Source of the DNA: Candidatus Latescibacterota bacterium
GTDB lineage: Bacteria > Latescibacterota > UBA2968 > UBA8231
Assembly (NCBI GenBank): GCA_963422735.1
Contig: OY730476.1
Location: 1,344,001-1,408,000 of the forward strand
Direction: 5' to 3'
DNA length: 64,000 bases
Both the position numbers and the translations under genes were made by a program. The first letter of the stretch is position 1; each line of letters begins with the position of its first letter. Below, piece after piece: positions 59,468 through 64,000 of the stretch. Below the pieces are notes generated by a model that was not told the origin of the DNA, did not search any database, and was given only the letters and a program-made list of their open reading frames with translations.

Positions 59468-61702
59468 CTATTCCTTGATGGCGATGATCTCGGCCACCTG
59501 TTTTTGCAAATTGACCAACTCGTAAAAGGTCCCCTGTTTCTCCAGAAGCTCTGCGTGCGTCCCCGCCTCGACGATGCGACCGTCGTCGAGGACCATCAGC
59601 CGGTCGGCATTGCGCAGAGTCGAAAGCCGGTGGGCAATTGCCACGGTGGTGCGACCCTCGATGAGCCGCTGAATCGCCTCCTGGATATGCAGCTCCGTCT
59701 CCACATCGACCGAGGCGGTGGCTTCGTCGAGGATTAACACGCGCGGGTTGTGGAGGATGGCGCGGGCAATGGAGACGCGCTGGCGCTCCCCCCCCGATAG
59801 CCCGGCCCCCTTTTCTCCGACTTGGGTCTCATAGCCATCGGGCTTGGCCATGATGAAGTTGTGGGCGTTGGCCGCACGAGCGGCCGCCATGATGTCCGCA
59901 AAGGAGGAGCCGGGCCGCCCGTAGCCGATGTTTTCGGCAATGGTACCGGAAAAAAGCACGGGCTCCTGCAGCACGATGCCGATTTGCGAGCGCAAGTCGC
60001 GTAAGGCGATGCGGCGAATGTCGATTCCGTCGATCTCAATGGACCCGTAGTCAACGTCGTAGAAGCGGGCGATTAGGTTGACGGTTGTCGTCTTGCCGAC
60101 CCCAGACTTACCCACGAGGCCAATCATCTCGCCCGGCTGGACGTCCAAGTCAAAATCCTTCAGCACCGGCTTGCTCTTGTCGTAGCCAAAGGTGACGCCC
60201 CGGAAGCGAATGCCTCCCTTCATCCGCAGCATTCGCTCCGCGGTCGGATCCTCGTATGCCTCGGGCCGGGTGTCGATGACCTCGAAGATGCGCTCGGCCC
60301 CGGCAAAAGCCCGCGACATCCAGGCATTGACTTGGCCGAACCACTCCAAGGGGCCGTAGAACAGCCACATATACGAGTAAAAGGCCAACAACGTGCCCAA
60401 GGTCATCTTGCCGCCGAGGACTTGCAGCCCGCCGAGGAGCCAGACGATCAAGACTCCCAAACCCGTCAAGAACGTGATGGTAGCGAAGAACACGCCGCGA
60501 TTTATCGCGGTCTTTTCGGCGACTTCGCGCAGCCTGCCATTGGGCTTGGCAAAGGCCGCTATTTCCCGGCCCTCTTGGGCAAATGCCTTGACGACGCGGA
60601 TGCCGGTAAGCGTCTCCACTGTGCGCTCGGTCAGGCCAGACCAGACCTCGCCCCACTTAACGAAAAACCCGCGCAGCCGCTTCCAAAAAATCACCCCCCA
60701 CAGCATGATCAGCGGAACGGGCACCAACACGTACAGGCTCAACGACCAACTCATCCAGAACAAAAAGCCAAGTATGCCAAAGACCATCAGGCCGTTGATG
60801 ACGATATAGGGCAAGCCATCGACGAGGAAGTCCTGTAACATGCCGGCGTCGCGGGTGGCCCGTGAGATGAGGGAGCCGACCTTGCGCTTGTCGTAAAACT
60901 GCAAGGACAGCATTTCCAACCGGCGGTAGAGAAGCGAGCGAATATCCGCGGTGAGCTGCGCCCCGAGCCAAGTCGCAATCCAGCCGTGGGCCCATTCGGC
61001 GACCCAAGACAAGAAGCGGACGCCGACCAATCCGAGGACTAACAGGCCCAAGAGGTGGATGCGCTCGTCAAACCCCGTGGCGTGGCCCTCCACCGGGATC
61101 AACACTTCATCGACAATGCGCTTAGTAATTAGCGGTGGGACCAACTCCGCGGCCGTGGTGGCAATGGAGGCGAAGGCCAAGATGCCCGCTTTGAGCTTGT
61201 ACGGGCCGAGATAGCTAGCGATGCGCTTGAGGGTCGCCAGTTTTTTGATACACGCCGGACAGATGCCGTTTTTCTCTGGCAAGAGCTGATGACAGCGCCC
61301 GCAGCGGGTCCGGTCCAAGTGCCCATTGACGACCAACGGCTGGCCTTGGCGCAGCTGCTCCAAGCCCCGCGCCACCTCGGACATCTTGTCGGCCTCCGAG
61401 TTAGTGTAGCCCAGCGACAAAGCCGGCCCATCCACGCGCTCGATCGCCAATTTACCGCCGCCGACGAGTGCGTCGGTGCGCACCTCGGCCAGCGAGGCGA
61501 GTGGGATATCGACGATCTCACCCTGAGCGGGCACGACGAGGACCCGACGCGGAGTGGCCACCAGCCACTGGTGGCCAAAGCGGCCGTCGGCGGCCAAATC
61601 CGTAGAGGCGCGGATTAGCACCTCCTCCTCAGCGGGTAAGGCGGCGGCAATCCGCGCATCGGCGGTCGCGTCGGCTGGCTCTAGCAGTTTTTGCATGCTC
61701 AT
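59468..61702 (-). CDS. ABC exporter (TMD+NBD) with N-terminal extension, paralog
   Basis: GKSGVGKT, LSGGERQR, ILDEATA. Confidence 0.93.
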   Translation of the reverse strand: MSMQKLLEPADATADARIAAALPAEEEVLIRASTDLAADGRFGHQWLVATPRRVLVVPAQGEIVDIPLASLAEVRTDALVGGGKLAIERVDGPALSLGYTNSEADKMSEVARGLEQLRQGQPLVVNGHLDRTRCGRCHQLLPEKNGICPACIKKLATLKRIASYLGPYKLKAGILAFASIATTAAELVPPLITKRIVDEVLIPVEGHATGFDERIHLLGLLVLGLVGVRFLSWVAEWAHGWIATWLGAQLTADIRSLLYRRLEMLSLQFYDKRKVGSLISRATRDAGMLQDFLVDGLPYIVINGLMVFGILGFLFWMSWSLSLYVLVPVPLIMLWGVIFWKRLRGFFVKWGEVWSGLTERTVETLTGIRVVKAFAQEGREIAAFAKPNGRLREVAEKTAINRGVFFATITFLTGLGVLIVWLLGGLQVLGGKMTLGTLLAFYSYMWLFYGPLEWFGQVNAWMSRAFAGAERIFEVIDTRPEAYEDPTAERMLRMKGGIRFRGVTFGYDKSKPVLKDFDLDVQPGEMIGLVGKSGVGKTTTVNLIARFYDVDYGSIEIDGIDIRRIALRDLRSQIGIVLQEPVLFSGTIAENIGYGRPGSSFADIMAAARAANAHNFIMAKPDGYETQVGEKGAGLSGGERQRVSIARAILHNPRVLILDEATASVDVETELHIQEAIQRLIEGRTTVAIAHRLSTLRNADRLMVLDDGRIVEAGTHAELLEKQGTFYELVNLQKQVAEIIAIKE

Positions 61703-61862
61703 GCCTCGGCAAAACCCCGGGAGTGGCCCCGGAAAACAGGTTGACTCAACCCTGAAGAAGCTACTCTTGGCGTTTGGACAATGGCAAGGGAAAATTGGGA
61801 AAGGGCACTCGGTTGTGGACAATCGCTTTGCCAACCCGCTCTTATGCTTACATTATATATTT

Positions 61863-62651
61863 ATGACCGCAGACCAAAAGAAGCTGGTGCCCTCGCCTCG
61901 CGAAAAGCGCAACCAGCAACTCGCGCACTCCTTCTGCGATCTCGCTCTAGAGCAAATGCCCGCTGAGGACCTTTTGCGCTGGGCCAGCGAGACCTTTCCC
62001 GGCCGGGCCGTACTCAACACCAGCTTCCAGTACACCGGGGTTGCAATGATCCACATGGCATCGTCCATGGGGTTGAACTTGCGCTTTGCCACCATCGACA
62101 CCCTCCGGCTCCACCCCGAGACGTACGCCTTTATGGAGGAAGTCAAAGCGCGCTATGGCTGCCACTTTGAGGTCGTCCAGCCCAAACGCGGCGATGTCGA
62201 ACGGATGGTCGCACGTCACGGCGAGTACTTGTTTTTTGATTCCAAGGAAAAACAGGAACACTGTTGCCAAGTGCGGAAGGAATGGCCTAACAACGCGCTG
62301 CTGCGGACCGCCGACTGCTGGGTTTCGGGGCAGCGCCGGGACCAGTCCGAGCATCGCCAGCAAACGGCGAAGAAGGCGGTCTTAATTGACGAGTACAGCA
62401 CCCGGCGCAAAATACTCAAGCTCAATCCGTTGGTGGACTGGAGCGAAGACGCGCTGATCGAGTTTACGCGGGCAAACGACTTGCCGGTGCATCCGCTCTA
62501 CAGTCAAGGCTACCCGAGCTTTGGCTGCATCATCTGCTCCACCCCGACTCGGCCCGACGAACCCAAGCGCAGCGGTCGCTGGCGTTGGTTCAACGAACGC
62601 GGCGCTGCCACAGACGACCACAAAGAGTGCGGCCTGCACTACAACATCTGA
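61863..62651 (+). CDS. cysH: Phosphoadenylyl-/adenylyl-sulfate reductase (Fe-S, APS-reductase type)
   Basis: IDTLRLHPET, CCQVRK, SFGCIIC, RSGRW, KECGLH. Confidence 0.9.
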   Translation: MTADQKKLVPSPREKRNQQLAHSFCDLALEQMPAEDLLRWASETFPGRAVLNTSFQYTGVAMIHMASSMGLNLRFATIDTLRLHPETYAFMEEVKARYGCHFEVVQPKRGDVERMVARHGEYLFFDSKEKQEHCCQVRKEWPNNALLRTADCWVSGQRRDQSEHRQQTAKKAVLIDEYSTRRKILKLNPLVDWSEDALIEFTRANDLPVHPLYSQGYPSFGCIICSTPTRPDEPKRSGRWRWFNERGAATDDHKECGLHYNI

Positions 62652-62664
62652 GAGAAACCGCGCA

Positions 62665-63015
62665 ATGGTCCACGCCTTGGAATGGCGCTACCACCGCCCT
62701 AACTGAACAAGCTGCAAGCGCGCACAAGAGTTTCTTGTGCAGAACGGCATTGCCGACGGCATCGTGCAGAGTGCGACCAAAGAACCTATCGCGGGCACGG
62801 CAGCCCTCGCCCTGCTAGAGAACGCGACCGAGCTGTTCATCGCCCAAGGGCAGCGTGTCCTCCGCTTCGACCTGACGTGGCAACGACCCGCGGACGAGGA
62901 ATTGCTCCCGCTTCTGTTGGGGCGTTCTGGCAAGCTCCGGGCACCCGCGTTTCGCTGCGGGACACGCCTGATAGTCGGCTACAACCAAGTGCTGCTGCCG
63001 CTGGCGTTGGGCTGA
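62665..63015 (+). CDS. ArsC-like selenoprotein (UGA = Sec at 62704-62706)
   Basis: YHRPN-UGA-TSCKRA (UxxC) continues in frame to LLGRSGKLRAP...LIVGYN; SECIS-like hairpin downstream. Confidence 0.85.
62711..62748 (+). promoter_or_regulatory. Bacterial SECIS-like element
   Basis: GCACAAGA-GTT-TCTTGTGC (62722-62740); G first in the apical loop, 23 nt after the UGA; lower GCTG/CGGC stem. Confidence 0.7.
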
Positions 63016-63249
63016 TAACGAGAGGCTCTGAAATGCCGCCTTATCCAACGGCCACTACAAAGCAAGGGATTGAGACGAAGGGTCCATCCATGCGGCATTG
63101 CTTCAGCACTGGGCGAAGGTCAATGAAGTCCCCTTTTCGAGATTGGAGCAGGCGAATTCGGTCGGTCGTTTTTTGGCCACGTCTCGTACAAGCGAGGTCG
63201 AAAGCATTCGCCAGATACTAAGAGCCTATGGCGACCTAGGCTTTCCTTA

Positions 63250-64000
63250 ACATTTGACCCTCAATGCGGCGCGGAGCCTCTATTTTGATCTGTACGGCGA
63301 GTCGGCGGCGGCGAGCAGATCAACCAAGCCATCGCGCATCCCCCGGCCACCACCCGCGCTTGCGCCCGCTCCCGAGTGATGAGGGTGCTGACCGATCAAA
63401 AGGTGCGCTACCAATAGGTTCCTCAGCCTCGACGATCCCTTTCTCACCTATGGCCGCGAAGCCGAAGTCTTCATCCGCGAGTGCCGGCAGATGCCGGTCG
63501 ATACATTTTAATGTATGCCGTTGGCTGGCCCGGCGCGTTTTCCCATATAAAAGCTGTACGTGGCAAATGTGGCCGGGAGGATGCGGTCGTGGCGGGCCAT
63601 ATCGTTAATGGCAGTGAGAAAGCCGCCGCGGACTAGGTAAACGAGAAATTCCTCGAGCAGGACTTGCTCCGTCTCTTCGGGTAGCGACGATGTAGCAGCT
63701 CTTGGCTGTTCAGCAAGCGCTTTAGACCCACAGCCGCGGCAAAGCTCAGGGGATGGAGGTGAAAATCGACCGCCGCGGCTGGCCCTCTGCGGCCGGGAAA
63801 ACGCGTCCGCCATGTCCGAGCCGATGGCAATGAGCACGACGCCTTCGAGTAAGCCGGCGTCGGCGAGGTACTTGATCCCCTTGTCCCAACCGGCGATATA
63901 GGTCACTTCGTCGAGCGAGATGTAGCGCCGGCACTTCTCGCTGTAGGGTCAATACTAAGCGCACTAGCGCGTGGGGACCGTCGATGAGTTCGCCGGTAAA
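63250..64000 (-). pseudogene. AAA_14-type ATP-binding protein, frameshifted, 5' end beyond window
   Basis: LDEVTYIAGWDKGIKYLAD, RFPGRRG...PLSF and YLVRGGFL lie in different frames. Confidence 0.65.

Noticed and set aside
63040-63220. DUF3368-like C-terminal fragment on the minus strand
   Set aside because: Similarity is too weak and short to call.

Overview
GC-rich bacterial chromosomal segment. The gene content (many Gfo/Idh/MocA paralogs, an ASPIC/UnbV + TPR pair, M6 proteases with FlgD/T9SS-like tails, Uma2, HEPN-MNT and PIN modules) suggests an FCB-group organism such as Ca. Latescibacterota, possibly host-associated; this is inference. Intact genes include an RND operon (MFP + two AcrB-family subunits), nrfHA, tyrS, guaA, nadB, gatB, an APS-reductase-type cysH, two tandem ABC exporters with DUF1854, and several sugar oxidoreductases. 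Many accessory and defence genes are eroded by stops, frameshifts or internal deletions, including type I and II R-M systems, AAA+ ATPases, PIN toxins and the CRTAC1/TPR pair. Three signals outside the ORF track stand out. (1) A complete ribosome-mediated attenuator with a Tyr-rich leader peptide (MMQTLRTDRRYLYYTAFHREG) precedes tyrosyl-tRNA synthetase. (2) An unassigned, highly structured minus-strand RNA at about 56.2-56.5 kb precedes a BtrH-like/Yip1/MFP operon. (3) An ArsC-like selenoprotein has an in-frame UGA in a UxxC motif and a SECIS-like hairpin. No rRNA, tRNA or CRISPR array was recognised. Family assignments come from motif recognition by eye, not database searches.
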